Assembly: GCA_025993875.1 (NCBI GenBank)
Contig: JAMQHH010000009.1
Span: 1 to 53,939 of the forward strand
From: Candidatus Dojkabacteria bacterium
GTDB taxonomy: Bacteria > Patescibacteriota > Dojkabacteria > J137
Direction: 5' to 3'
DNA: 53,939 bases
The position numbers and the translations under genes are program-made. How positions within the stretch are numbered: position 1 is the stretch's first letter; every line of letters begins with the position of its first letter. Positions 45,215-53,939 of the stretch are shown here, piece after piece. A model generated the notes under the pieces. It was given only the letters and a program-made list of their open reading frames with translations. It made no database searches and had not been told where the DNA came from.

Positions 45215-46945
45215 TCAAATTCTAAATCCCAAAGCTTTTCTAAAGAAGTAAAAAATTTTTTTGGAATTTTTTCTTATAGTAAAAACCATGTAGATTATTG
45301 TAAGGAAAGCAACCCATAAAGTTAAAAAAATAAAGTTTCTATTTACTGGCCAGGTTATATTTTGACTTAAATAAATTTCTGAATTTAAACTATTTTCGGG
45401 CTTAATTTTAAGTTCCAAGTTTTGAGTATTACTAAAGGGATTTAAAGTATCCCTTAAAATTTCGATTGGTATTTTGTTTTCTATAAACGGTATTGCGACA
45501 ATTTTACTTTCAGGAAATCTCTCTTCTAAAACGTTACTTATTTTTATATTACTTTCGAAAGAGTTTATTGCTAGCGGTTTAAAAACCGATGGTATTACCA
45601 CTTTCGCCACAGCATAATTGTCTAAAATTTCTTTTATCTCTAGACTGGAAGCAATTTCGTTATTTTGAAAGTTAGTGCTAAAAAAACTTTTCTCTTCCAG
45701 ATTTATTGTGGCATAAGGCTGAGTTGTTAGATTATTTAAAGTATCGATCGAAATTAATTCCGATTCGGGGTCCCAAATTCCTAAAATAACTCTATCTAGT
45801 GCATTGTTATTAAAAAATGAGTATCCCGAAACAACTTCCAGATAAGGATCGAATAAAATTTTTTTGTTATCTTCTATAACCGAACACCAAATATGAAGCG
45901 TTTTGGAATTTTTTTCCTTTAGCTCATCGAATATCAGATAACCGTATTCTATAACAAATGCAACATTTTTTTCTTTTGCTATAGCCCCAAGTGCCTTACA
46001 ATAAGAGAATGCTGGATAAATGTTTTTGTTTACCTGTAACTTTTTTAAATACTCATTAATTTCTATGCTCGACTGGCTACTATACTCTTTATGTCTTTCA
46101 AAATCCTGCTCATTTTTCAAATCTTCTACAAAGTTCGAATAGTTGGGGTAATTTGACGGTAAGATTGAATTTCCTGGTTTAATTACAGTTTCAAAAGAGA
46201 ATTCGGAATTTCCGGAAGTAATGCCTCCCCAAAGATTATTATATTTATCTTCCAGGCCATACTCTACTCCCTTTATAGATTTATAAACTGTATCAAAATT
46301 TAATTTTAATGAGGGAAGATTAAAAAACCTTAAGTTGGAATCCGCCACTACTTGTGCAAAAAAAGCCAGATTTACAAGGGGTGGATTTCCCCATGCAATA
46401 AAAAATCCGCCTTTCGAACTAAACTTTATTTGATTATTCTCGGTAACAGGATTGGATGCGGTAATATAATAATAATCTTTTAAGCTGCTTGGAAAATTAA
46501 TTGTGTAAGAAATCGATTCGGATTGTATAGCTTTATTTACCCGTAAAAAATACATTCCGCTTACATAACTTACAAGCTCTTTTGCAATAAACTTTATATT
46601 AAGACTAGCGGATTTTAACGGTGGAATTGCTTTAGATTCAAATTTTATTAAAACATTATTCTGAACCAAAGAAACATTTACAGGATTGTTATCTAGAAAA
46701 GCTTCTATACCTGTAACTTTTGTTAGCGGCATAGCCATCTGATACGATTCTATAACTTTGTTCTCGTAGTTATTTTTAAGTTCAATAACATACTGAGCAC
46801 TCCCCGAAAAATCGCTATTGATATCAATTTCAAATTTTTGGGGAATCTCCTCCGCCGAGATATTTTTAGGCGAAAGGAAATAAAGTAAAATTCCTAGTAT
46901 AATAACTGGGCATAGCACTGTTTTATTTAATACTTTTGTAATCAC
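45215..46945 (-). CDS. Membrane-anchored transglutaminase-like protein
   Basis: Signal/TM at the N-terminus, LHIWCSV....LFDP (TGase His/Asp region), and a C-terminal TM with basic tail. Start uncertain: GTG 46945 chosen to avoid overlapping rsmA. Confidence 0.5.
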   Translation of the reverse strand: MITKVLNKTVLCPVIILGILLYFLSPKNISAEEIPQKFEIDINSDFSGSAQYVIELKNNYENKVIESYQMAMPLTKVTGIEAFLDNNPVNVSLVQNNVLIKFESKAIPPLKSASLNIKFIAKELVSYVSGMYFLRVNKAIQSESISYTINFPSSLKDYYYITASNPVTENNQIKFSSKGGFFIAWGNPPLVNLAFFAQVVADSNLRFFNLPSLKLNFDTVYKSIKGVEYGLEDKYNNLWGGITSGNSEFSFETVIKPGNSILPSNYPNYSNFVEDLKNEQDFERHKEYSSQSSIEINEYLKKLQVNKNIYPAFSYCKALGAIAKEKNVAFVIEYGYLIFDELKEKNSKTLHIWCSVIEDNKKILFDPYLEVVSGYSFFNNNALDRVILGIWDPESELISIDTLNNLTTQPYATINLEEKSFFSTNFQNNEIASSLEIKEILDNYAVAKVVIPSVFKPLAINSFESNIKISNVLEERFPESKIVAIPFIENKIPIEILRDTLNPFSNTQNLELKIKPENSLNSEIYLSQNITWPVNRNFIFLTLWVAFLTIIYMVFTIRKNSKKIFYFFRKALGFRI

Positions 46946-46963
46946 AGCTAAATTATTACACAA

Positions 46964-47770
46964 ATGAATCATAATTTTAAAAAAAAATTCGGACAAAATT
47001 TTTTAACCTCATCCAGATTTCCCAAACTGATAGTTTCTGCCCTTAATATTTTGCAAGATGAACTGATACTAGAGGTTGGACCCGGAGACGGCAGTCTTAC
47101 CAAAGAGCTTGTTAAAACCAATGCAGTTGTTAAATCGATAGAAATTGATTACGATCTTATTGTAAGGCTAATTAAGCAGTTCGAAGATTTTTCCAACTTT
47201 ACATTAATAAACGAGGATTTTTTAAATACAGATTTAAAAGCAGTTTGTGAAGGAAATTTTACAAAGGTAAAAGTTACAGGATCCCTGCCTTACAATATTT
47301 CCAAGCAGATAATAGATAAAACGCTAAAAGCAAACACTTTGGAATTGAATAATAGCAAAATAAAAATTGAAAGTGCTGTTTTTATTGTTCAGGAGGAAGT
47401 GGCTAAGTTATATGCTGCCAAAGCGCCTAAAGCGACTTTTTTAAGCGCATATTCTTCGATCTTTGCTACTGTAAAAAAACTAGAATCTATTCCGGCAAGC
47501 CAGTTTTTTCCAAAGCCAAAAGTTAATGGCGGAATTGTTCAATTTAGCTTTAACAAGAATGTACCAAAAGAATGGGAAAGATCGACGCAATTTCTTAAAC
47601 AGCTTTTTATTCAGCCTCGAAAAACGCTTTATAACAACATAAGAAACATAAAAAATTTTGACAAAGACGTAATTTTTGAACATGCAAAAAAGCATGAAAT
47701 TTCTCTAAGCTTAAGAGCAAGCGAGGTTACTCCCGAAAAGCTACTATCCCTTTTGCCGGAAGTAAATTAA
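46964..47770 (+). CDS. rsmA: 16S rRNA dimethyladenosine transferase RsmA/KsgA
   Basis: KKFGQNFL, LEVGPGDG, GSLPYNIS and FFPKPKV. Confidence 0.95.
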   Translation: MNHNFKKKFGQNFLTSSRFPKLIVSALNILQDELILEVGPGDGSLTKELVKTNAVVKSIEIDYDLIVRLIKQFEDFSNFTLINEDFLNTDLKAVCEGNFTKVKVTGSLPYNISKQIIDKTLKANTLELNNSKIKIESAVFIVQEEVAKLYAAKAPKATFLSAYSSIFATVKKLESIPASQFFPKPKVNGGIVQFSFNKNVPKEWERSTQFLKQLFIQPRKTLYNNIRNIKNFDKDVIFEHAKKHEISLSLRASEVTPEKLLSLLPEVN

Positions 47771-47892
47771 TATTATTACTGTTAGGACTACACTTAAGCG
47801 AAAAATGGTTCAAAACTCGGGTTGATCGCTTTAAAAGTTCTTTTCAGCTTTCATTAAACCAACAAAAATTATAAATGTATCTCAAAAAAAAG

Positions 47893-48531
47893 TTACCCGA
47901 ATAAAAATCCAAATGCTTTCTTTAAAACAATTATTGGGTAAAAAAATATCTCCTGCTTTAAAGTTTTTAAAATATGATGAGTTCTAGCCTTTTCTACCGT
48001 ATCTAGCAACAAGACATGTGTTGCAATATAAAAAACTTTATCTACAAAAATCTCCTTGTTATAACTAATGTACAAAACCAAAACATTAATTATCAGTGCG
48101 CAAATATTTGCTGCAAAAAGTAACCACCAGGAATTTAGCGCAATCGCTAGAAAAAATGCAATATTTTGAAATATAAAGATTCCACCCAGAAAGTTATCCG
48201 GTTTTCTAAAAAATCTTTCGGGAATCCTTACCTGCTCTAGGGTATATAAAAATAAAGCCAGGCTAAAAAGGTCACTTTTGTAAAGACTAGAGGACTTTAA
48301 AATAACTGTATTATTTTTTAGGACAACAGGTGTCGAAATTTTATTATTAATTTTATACTTTATACCGTTAATTTCTCTTAAATAAAGTTCTAAAATTTTT
48401 TCTACCGTAATAAGGCTACCCGCAGTAGGATGTTTTTTTACATAAAGTCTTTCAATTTTTAACTGTGCTGCTAAAGCAAGAGTTAGTTGACCAAGAAAAA
48501 ATATTGTATAAATTAAAAAAAGAATCTCCAT
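47893..48531 (-). CDS. YugP-like (putative neutral zinc metallopeptidase) membrane protein lacking HEXXH
   Basis: AAQLKIERLY..T.E.IL..., VILKSS.LY and the TM layout resemble the family. ALFLYTLE sits where AAHExGH is expected. Confidence 0.45.
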   Translation of the reverse strand: MEILFLIYTIFFLGQLTLALAAQLKIERLYVKKHPTAGSLITVEKILELYLREINGIKYKINNKISTPVVLKNNTVILKSSSLYKSDLFSLALFLYTLEQVRIPERFFRKPDNFLGGIFIFQNIAFFLAIALNSWWLLFAANICALIINVLVLYISYNKEIFVDKVFYIATHVLLLDTVEKARTHHILKTLKQEIFFYPIIVLKKAFGFLFG

Positions 48532-48861
48532 AAAAATATATTAGATTCTTTTTTTAAGATTAACAACATTCGTTAAATGTAAATTTTTTCCTTTGTAGAC
48601 CAAAATGGCACAGCGCAATGTCTTAAACCCCGTGTTATCACCTAAAAGAGGTTTTAAGTGTCTCAGAATACGCTTAGCAGGAGAGAATTTTAGAGCGAAG
48701 GTAATCAGCACAAATAGTGGTGATTAATTTTACTGAGATAAAAAAACTGGTTTTTTCTAAATACTCATTACTAATTACTTTACTTATTTAATTCCAAAAG
48801 CGGTGCCACTACATAAAGGTCATCTCTTTACTAAAAGAAAAGTGTAATCTTAAGTGAACTC

Positions 48862-49296
48862 CTATTCGAGCATTGATTGCGAAACAAGTTTATCGAGTGC
48901 GGGAATGTCGAAGCCTTCCACATTGTATGTTCGACCATTCGATTCTAAAATGACTGTTGGAACACTTTTAACATCAAAGTTTCCGGTAAGAGAATTTCCA
49001 GCTTCTAATGAAATTTCGAAGATATTTACTTTTTCGTTTTGAAAAGCTGCATCAACAAGTTTGTTTCTTATTGTGCCACATGGGCCACACCATGCCGAAG
49101 AAAAGAAAAGAATTTTTTTTGTGTCACTACTCATATCGTCGTTTTCGGTTACAAAAAGATAATTTTCTGGATATTCAGTTTCGTTAGAACTTACACTGAT
49201 TTTTAAATATCGGGATGAGAGTCCAAAAACTAGTGCCGTTAATAATGATATAAAAATAATAAGGGTAAGCCTTTTGGATTTGTTTTTTTTCTTCAT
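48862..49296 (-). CDS. Membrane-anchored thioredoxin-like protein
   Basis: WCGPC and FDVKSVPT (cis-Pro), with an N-terminal TM. Confidence 0.88.
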   Translation of the reverse strand: MKKKNKSKRLTLIIFISLLTALVFGLSSRYLKISVSSNETEYPENYLFVTENDDMSSDTKKILFFSSAWCGPCGTIRNKLVDAAFQNEKVNIFEISLEAGNSLTGNFDVKSVPTVILESNGRTYNVEGFDIPALDKLVSQSMLE

Positions 49297-49359
49297 AAAA
49301 TTTCTTTTGTTTAATATTTAATAAAGGTGCGATAACCAACTTCAACATTTATTACCTTA

Positions 49360-50136
49360 CTAGACGGAATTAGGTAGTTGGATAATTTGATTTACCGCAT
49401 TTCTTATATCTAAAGGCAACCCAGTAATCTCTGTTTCTAAAATGGTACTCATCTCTTTAATAATCGAAACCCCCGAAATTATCTGGTTATTTTGGGCTAA
49501 TTCATTTAAAATCTTGTCTTTAGTATTAGGCATAATTTCTCCCGTAACCTCTGCTGTAACTTTTAATAGCTCACTGAGACGATCTTTACTAATCAAGCCT
49601 CGCTGATAAAGAACACGATAAACCATATCTAGCTCGTTTGCAAGAGTTAGATGTGAGTTATCTATTATTAAATCGTAGTTTTTGTGTAGTTCTTTCAGGC
49701 TAAACCAATCGTAACCATAAAGAACCTGATATTTGGTTTTTAGGTTAAGATCTCTTTCCTTAAGTAAATCTGAATCTTTATCCCTTTGATCAAAAACAAG
49801 TCTTTTTGCTCTAACCTCGTAAGGCGCAGTTAAAAAGACTGCGGTAAAACTTGAAGGATCCAATTCCTCCTTTTTTATTATGTCCGTTTCAATTACAAGA
49901 TTTGACTGAGATTTTAACTTATAACCAATGTATTTATCGTAGAGAGGAGAAAAATAATCTTCCAGATAATCGTCAGCTTGTATTCTACCCGCGCCGGTAT
50001 CGGCAAAATTCATAGCCCTTCCCAGCTCTCTAAAAACGCTGCTTGCCCTAAGCAAATTATATTTCAATATTTTTGCCAAAAAAAAGCCTAGAATAGAAGC
50101 TCCAGCTCCGGGCCAGCTCGAAACAATAATATTCAT
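49360..50136 (-). CDS. Cytidylate kinase-like protein (archaeal-type Cmk family)
   Basis: IIVSSWPGAGAS, FRELG, VFLTAPYEVRAKRL..RD and YDLIIDNS. Confidence 0.65.
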   Translation of the reverse strand: MNIIVSSWPGAGASILGFFLAKILKYNLLRASSVFRELGRAMNFADTGAGRIQADDYLEDYFSPLYDKYIGYKLKSQSNLVIETDIIKKEELDPSSFTAVFLTAPYEVRAKRLVFDQRDKDSDLLKERDLNLKTKYQVLYGYDWFSLKELHKNYDLIIDNSHLTLANELDMVYRVLYQRGLISKDRLSELLKVTAEVTGEIMPNTKDKILNELAQNNQIISGVSIIKEMSTILETEITGLPLDIRNAVNQIIQLPNSV

Positions 50137-50203
50137 CAGATTCTTGACTTTAAAATATTAAAATGTAAAGATATTATTTAGATAATTCTTTAAAGAAATC
50201 CAA

Positions 50204-50800
50204 GTGAAAAAATTTTTAAAAAGCTTTGTGCTGTTTCTTTTTATAGTTTTCTTCTTGCCAAAAAGTTCCGTGCACGCAATAAGTATAACACCTTCCAGCG
50301 GTAACATACAGCCCGGGTATAATCTAAACATAAACGTTGTAGCATCGGGTGTTCCAAGTGACTCCTCTACCATGCAACTAAATTTATCGGCAATTGGAAG
50401 CTGCACCATTACAAGTTATGCACCTCCAAGTGGTGGAACCTGGGGTTTATCTATACCGTTATGTGCCGGTGGAGCTTCTTTTACTGCGAGTTCGGTATGT
50501 ATAGCTTTATCTAAAACATCGCCTAATCTTATTTTAAATGGTGAGTCTCTTGGAACAATGGTTGTTAATTGCTCTACGGCAGGGTCGTTAGTTGTATCTT
50601 CTACTTCAGGATCGGGTTATGTATCGGGAGGGACATTACAAGAACGCGTAGGTACATTGGGTACTTTTTCTGTATCGGGCAGTATTCCCAATACCGCATT
50701 ATCCTTTACTGATGTTTTCTCTTTACTTGGAATATTCTCACTAATATTTGGAATATTTTTGTTTATAACTGTTAAAAGAGAAAGAAATAATAAATTTTAA
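50204..50800 (+). CDS. Secreted cohesin-like protein with IPNTA sorting-like signal
   Basis: Signal peptide, beta-sandwich starting ISITPSSGNI..NINVV, then IPNTA (50684..50698), a TM and the KRERNNKF tail. Confidence 0.6.
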   Translation: MKKFLKSFVLFLFIVFFLPKSSVHAISITPSSGNIQPGYNLNINVVASGVPSDSSTMQLNLSAIGSCTITSYAPPSGGTWGLSIPLCAGGASFTASSVCIALSKTSPNLILNGESLGTMVVNCSTAGSLVVSSTSGSGYVSGGTLQERVGTLGTFSVSGSIPNTALSFTDVFSLLGIFSLIFGIFLFITVKRERNNKF

Positions 50801-50809
50801 AAATATACA

Positions 50810-51367
50810 ATGAAAAAAATTTTTTTAGTAACGGTAATGCTTGTAGTAATTTTTGTTGTCGGTGGTGCTGTACTAGCTTTAATTTTAAACAGCTTAAATG
50901 CACCTACAAATACAACAGATTCTACAACAAATACAAGTAACAACGATTCTACAACACCAACAACCACTGTTACAGAAAAAAGAAGAGCCGAAGTCGCACT
51001 ACAAGAAAATCTATCGGGCGATTACGATCTAGTTATCTATAACGACAACCTAGAGGTTCTTGATTTTCAATTGCTTTTTTATACTAACAATCAGTTTGAG
51101 CAGTTTATTGTTAATCCTGTTTTTGATGTAACTTTGTTAAACGAAATTAACACCGATGGCAGTGTAAGTATTGCCTTTGGAAAGCTTGCAAACAGAGAAA
51201 AACTTAATCTTCTAAAAACCGAAGATAACGGGTTTATTTTAGGCTCCTTTAAATTAAAAGCCGAAGCAAGCGGGGAGGTTACCCTTGGCGGAGGTGATGA
51301 GGAAAATATAATTAATGATGCAGAGGGAAGCAGGTTAGTGAAACCTTTTGTTGCAACTGTACCTTGA
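50810..51367 (+). CDS. Membrane-anchored protein with Thr-rich linker and cohesin-like beta domain
   Basis: N-terminal TM, T/N-rich linker, and DFQLLF..VSIAFG..LGSFKLKA. Confidence 0.55.
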   Translation: MKKIFLVTVMLVVIFVVGGAVLALILNSLNAPTNTTDSTTNTSNNDSTTPTTTVTEKRRAEVALQENLSGDYDLVIYNDNLEVLDFQLLFYTNNQFEQFIVNPVFDVTLLNEINTDGSVSIAFGKLANREKLNLLKTEDNGFILGSFKLKAEASGEVTLGGGDEENIINDAEGSRLVKPFVATVP

Positions 51368-51423
51368 AATTTTTGGATAAAAAGATTATTATTCTATAAC
51401 ATTTAATTTTTTTTAAAGAACAT

Positions 51424-51987
51424 ATGGAAGAAAAAGAAGGTCAGATGGAACAAAAGCCAGTACCAAATACTGCTACCGCTTCGTCTACATCAGTAAATCT
51501 AAAGGATTACTTTACAAAAGATGCTATTAGAGCAGGAGTCGTTTCAGGATTGATTTTAGCAGTTTTGGGATTTGTAGGAAGTATATTAGGAGATACTCTA
51601 GGTATGATTATTTCGTTAGTAGTTGGAGTTTTAACAGTTGTTTTAGGCATGAGTGTTGCATATGCCAAAGAATTAAAGCAGGATAAACTTGCAGATGCAC
51701 TAAAAGTTGCAGTTCCGGCAGGTTTAATAGCAGGAGCTGTTGCAGGGTTAGCAAGCGGAATTGCATCAATTCTTTATCTGTCGAATGCATACCGAAGCAT
51801 TTATGCTTTTTATCAGCCACCTTACTTTCAAAATTTCTTTAATGCATTTATTGTAAATGGTGTATTAGTAACTGGAGCTGTTTTTATTGCAGGTGTTTTG
51901 GCAGGAATTTTCTTACCAAAGACCTCACTACCAAAAGAGATTGGTGAACTTTTTTCAAAGATTGGAAAACTGTTAAGCGGAAAATAA
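51424..51987 (+). CDS. Gly/Ala-rich 4-TM membrane protein
   Basis: Four hydrophobic segments with GxxxG patterns. Confidence 0.7.
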   Translation: MEEKEGQMEQKPVPNTATASSTSVNLKDYFTKDAIRAGVVSGLILAVLGFVGSILGDTLGMIISLVVGVLTVVLGMSVAYAKELKQDKLADALKVAVPAGLIAGAVAGLASGIASILYLSNAYRSIYAFYQPPYFQNFFNAFIVNGVLVTGAVFIAGVLAGIFLPKTSLPKEIGELFSKIGKLLSGK

Positions 51988-52005
51988 GTAACTGACATTA
52001 AAAAT

Positions 52006-52041
52006 AAAAGCCCCGGATTTTTTAAATCAGGGGCTTTTTTT
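52006..52041 (+). terminator. Intrinsic terminator
   Basis: AAAAGCCCC-G-GATTT-TTT-AAATC-A-GGGGC-TTTTTTT. Confidence 0.75.
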
Positions 52042-53319
52042 ATGCAAAAAATAATTTATATTCTATCTGCTATTTTCTTTATATTGGTATTCAATCTAAA
52101 AATTTCTACAGCAGTAAATGCAGATTCGCAGTCTCTTTTTATTTCGGAATTTATGCCCGACCCGTCAGGATCCGATTCTGCATATGAATGGATAGAATTG
52201 TACAATGCAGGTAGAGCCTCGGTAAACACAGCCGGATATAAGATTAACAATATATCTATTCCGGAATTTCTTTTAGAGCCGCAGCAATTTTTAATTCTGG
52301 CAAGAGATACAGCATCTTTAACAAGCCTTTACCCGCAAATTTTTGTAGTTGAACTTTCCTTTTCGCTTGCTAATTCGGGTGGAGAAATTTTATTAACCAG
52401 CGAAAACTTTACCGATAAAATTACTTACCCAAAAGCTTTCGAAAATAAAAGTTTTGAAAGGCTAGGAGAACTATGCCATGGAGTAAGTATAAATACTAAC
52501 GGGAATACAATAGGTCAAATCAACTCTAACTATTTAGATTCCTGCTGGAGTAACCCCGAATCTTACCCTGTATCCGAGCCGGTAAGCTATCCAATATATT
52601 CTCCTCCAGTTTCGGAGCCTATCAGTTATTTTCCGGAAATATTTGAAGAAAAAGAAGTTTTTTATCTTTTAATATCTGAGGTATATCCATCTCCAATTTC
52701 GCAAAATGGGGAGAAGGAATGGGTCGAGATCTATAATCCATACAATAAAGAGATAGATTTTTCGGGATACTATATTGGAGATAAAAGTTATAAAGAACAA
52801 AAATCTAAAAGCAGATATATATTTACTGAAGCATTAATAGAGGAAAACTCTTATTTTATAATAGAATCTCCCCCATTTTCTTTGAATAATTCGGGCGATG
52901 AGCTATATTTATATTCACCCAATGGAACAGTTATTGATACTGTTTTTTATAATTCAATTACCAACGGGAGTTCGGCAATCAGAGACGAGAATATTTTATA
53001 TAATGGCGAAAAAATTGAACTAATAAAATCGAGTGCTCCTACAAAGGGTTTTATTAATAGTATGATCGCTATAACCAGTAATGAGAAGAAAACCGAGACT
53101 AAAACAGAGGCAAAAACTGATGAAAAACAAACAGCCGGTGCCACTTTGGGATATAAAATAAACTATCCAGTTGTAAAGCCAATGGTGTATTGGGAAAATT
53201 TTGTTTTATACAGGCATAAAATTAATCTTGGAGCATTGGTGCTATTAGTTGTTACAATAATTTATTCTATAATTTTATTGTTAAAAAGATACAAAAAGAC
53301 AGATGAAAAATACTTTTAA
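52042..53319 (+). CDS. Double lamin-tail-domain (LTD) surface protein with C-terminal TM
   Basis: ISEFMPDP..EWIELYN and ISEVYPSP..EWVEIYN, each with L.NSG.E..L, and a Pro-rich YPVSEPVSY linker. Confidence 0.82.
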   Translation: MQKIIYILSAIFFILVFNLKISTAVNADSQSLFISEFMPDPSGSDSAYEWIELYNAGRASVNTAGYKINNISIPEFLLEPQQFLILARDTASLTSLYPQIFVVELSFSLANSGGEILLTSENFTDKITYPKAFENKSFERLGELCHGVSINTNGNTIGQINSNYLDSCWSNPESYPVSEPVSYPIYSPPVSEPISYFPEIFEEKEVFYLLISEVYPSPISQNGEKEWVEIYNPYNKEIDFSGYYIGDKSYKEQKSKSRYIFTEALIEENSYFIIESPPFSLNNSGDELYLYSPNGTVIDTVFYNSITNGSSAIRDENILYNGEKIELIKSSAPTKGFINSMIAITSNEKKTETKTEAKTDEKQTAGATLGYKINYPVVKPMVYWENFVLYRHKINLGALVLLVVTIIYSIILLLKRYKKTDEKYF

Positions 53320-53794
53320 TTTAACAATTAGTGGGCAGGATTATATTGTAAGATACGAGGAAACAAAGTTTATCTCGGCCAGAATAGTGCAGGAGGGAAA
53401 TTCGATAATGGTTTTTAGGTCTGAATTGAGTGAGAACTCACATAGGGAAATTCTAGTTGAATGGCTAAAAGAATATAGCTATAAGGTAATTTTAGAAAGA
53501 GCCAAATTTTTTTCGAGGGAATATTCTTTTAGTTTTAAAAGTGTAACAATAAGGGATCAAATATCTCGATGGGGAAGTTGTTCCAGCAGTGGAAAATTAA
53601 ATTTTAACTGGAGGCTTATTTTAGCCCACCCTAAAGCGCTCGATTATGTTGTGGTACACGAACTGGCCCATACTGAGGAACTTAACCATTCAATAAACTT
53701 TTGGGCAATTGTAGAGGCAATTATGCCCGAATATAAGGTATGGGAAAAATGGCTAAGGTATTCGGGAAGAACGTTGTTTAAAGTGCTCAGCTAG
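53303..53794 (+). CDS. YgjP/DUF45-like zinc metalloprotease
   Basis: RWGSCSSSGKLNFNWRL and YVVVHELAH..NHSINFW. Confidence 0.88.
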   Translation: MKNTFNLTISGQDYIVRYEETKFISARIVQEGNSIMVFRSELSENSHREILVEWLKEYSYKVILERAKFFSREYSFSFKSVTIRDQISRWGSCSSSGKLNFNWRLILAHPKALDYVVVHELAHTEELNHSINFWAIVEAIMPEYKVWEKWLRYSGRTLFKVLS

Positions 53795-53939
53795 TTTGGG
53801 ATTATTTTGTTTGCAAAGGTATATTCTTCTGATGCTCTTGCAGGGAGTGTCAAGTATTTTGTGTAAATAGATATATTGTATTCATTTTTTTGTTTGTTTT
53901 TTCAAAATTAAAATATTCTTTTTTGTCAGCTTACACTAA

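Noticed and set aside
48795-48840. T-box-like TGGCACCGC on the minus strand
   Set aside because: No stem I, specifier loop or terminator, and the downstream gene is unrelated to amino acids.
50100-50136. Cmk-like protein as a dead kinase because Walker A lacks Lys (PGAGAS)
   Set aside because: Archaeal-type Cmk proteins often lack the canonical Lys here, so this is not evidence of inactivation.
355-53144. Numerous 60-150 aa ORFs in the track overlapping larger genes on the opposite strand
   Set aside because: They are antisense shadows of well-supported CDSs and have no motifs of their own.
1-53939. Alternative genetic code (UGA=Gly, as in Gracilibacteria/Absconditabacteria)
   Set aside because: Conserved genes are full length under code 11 with no in-frame TGA, and TGA terminates real genes such as the 50810..51367 ORF.

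Overview
An AT-rich bacterial chromosomal window. Its gene content and style suggest a Patescibacteria/CPR organism, possibly Dojkabacteria (inference). It is mostly housekeeping genes: partial dnaE, hrcA, leuS, CCA-adding enzyme, def, dnaK, secD/secF-like, mraZ-rsmH-ftsL-ftsI, htpX, rdgB, a divergent IMPDH/GMPR, lepB, an FKBP, grpE, secG, ftsEX, rsmA and a cmk-like kinase. It also holds two tRNAs without encoded CCA (Thr-CGU, Asp-GUC) and a cobalamin riboswitch ahead of a putative B12 uptake pair. Surface proteins include Cys-rich, dockerin-like, cohesin-like, LTD and LysM types. Main highlights: (1) a 2.5 kb integrase-less islet bounded by a 51 bp direct repeat of the leuS 3' end, differing only at synonymous sites, which carries a GalT/HIT-like nucleotidyltransferase plus a Gmk-like kinase. 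(2) A 1251 aa LeuRS with three inserted domains (Nudix, unknown, nucleotidyltransferase). (3) An invariant APEDSSA motif after the N-terminal anchor of two unrelated surface proteins. (4) REP-like palindrome clusters bracketing an adhesin-like gene. (5) Several candidate structured RNAs and apparent pseudo-enzymes. All family assignments come from motif recognition by eye; no database search or folding program was run.
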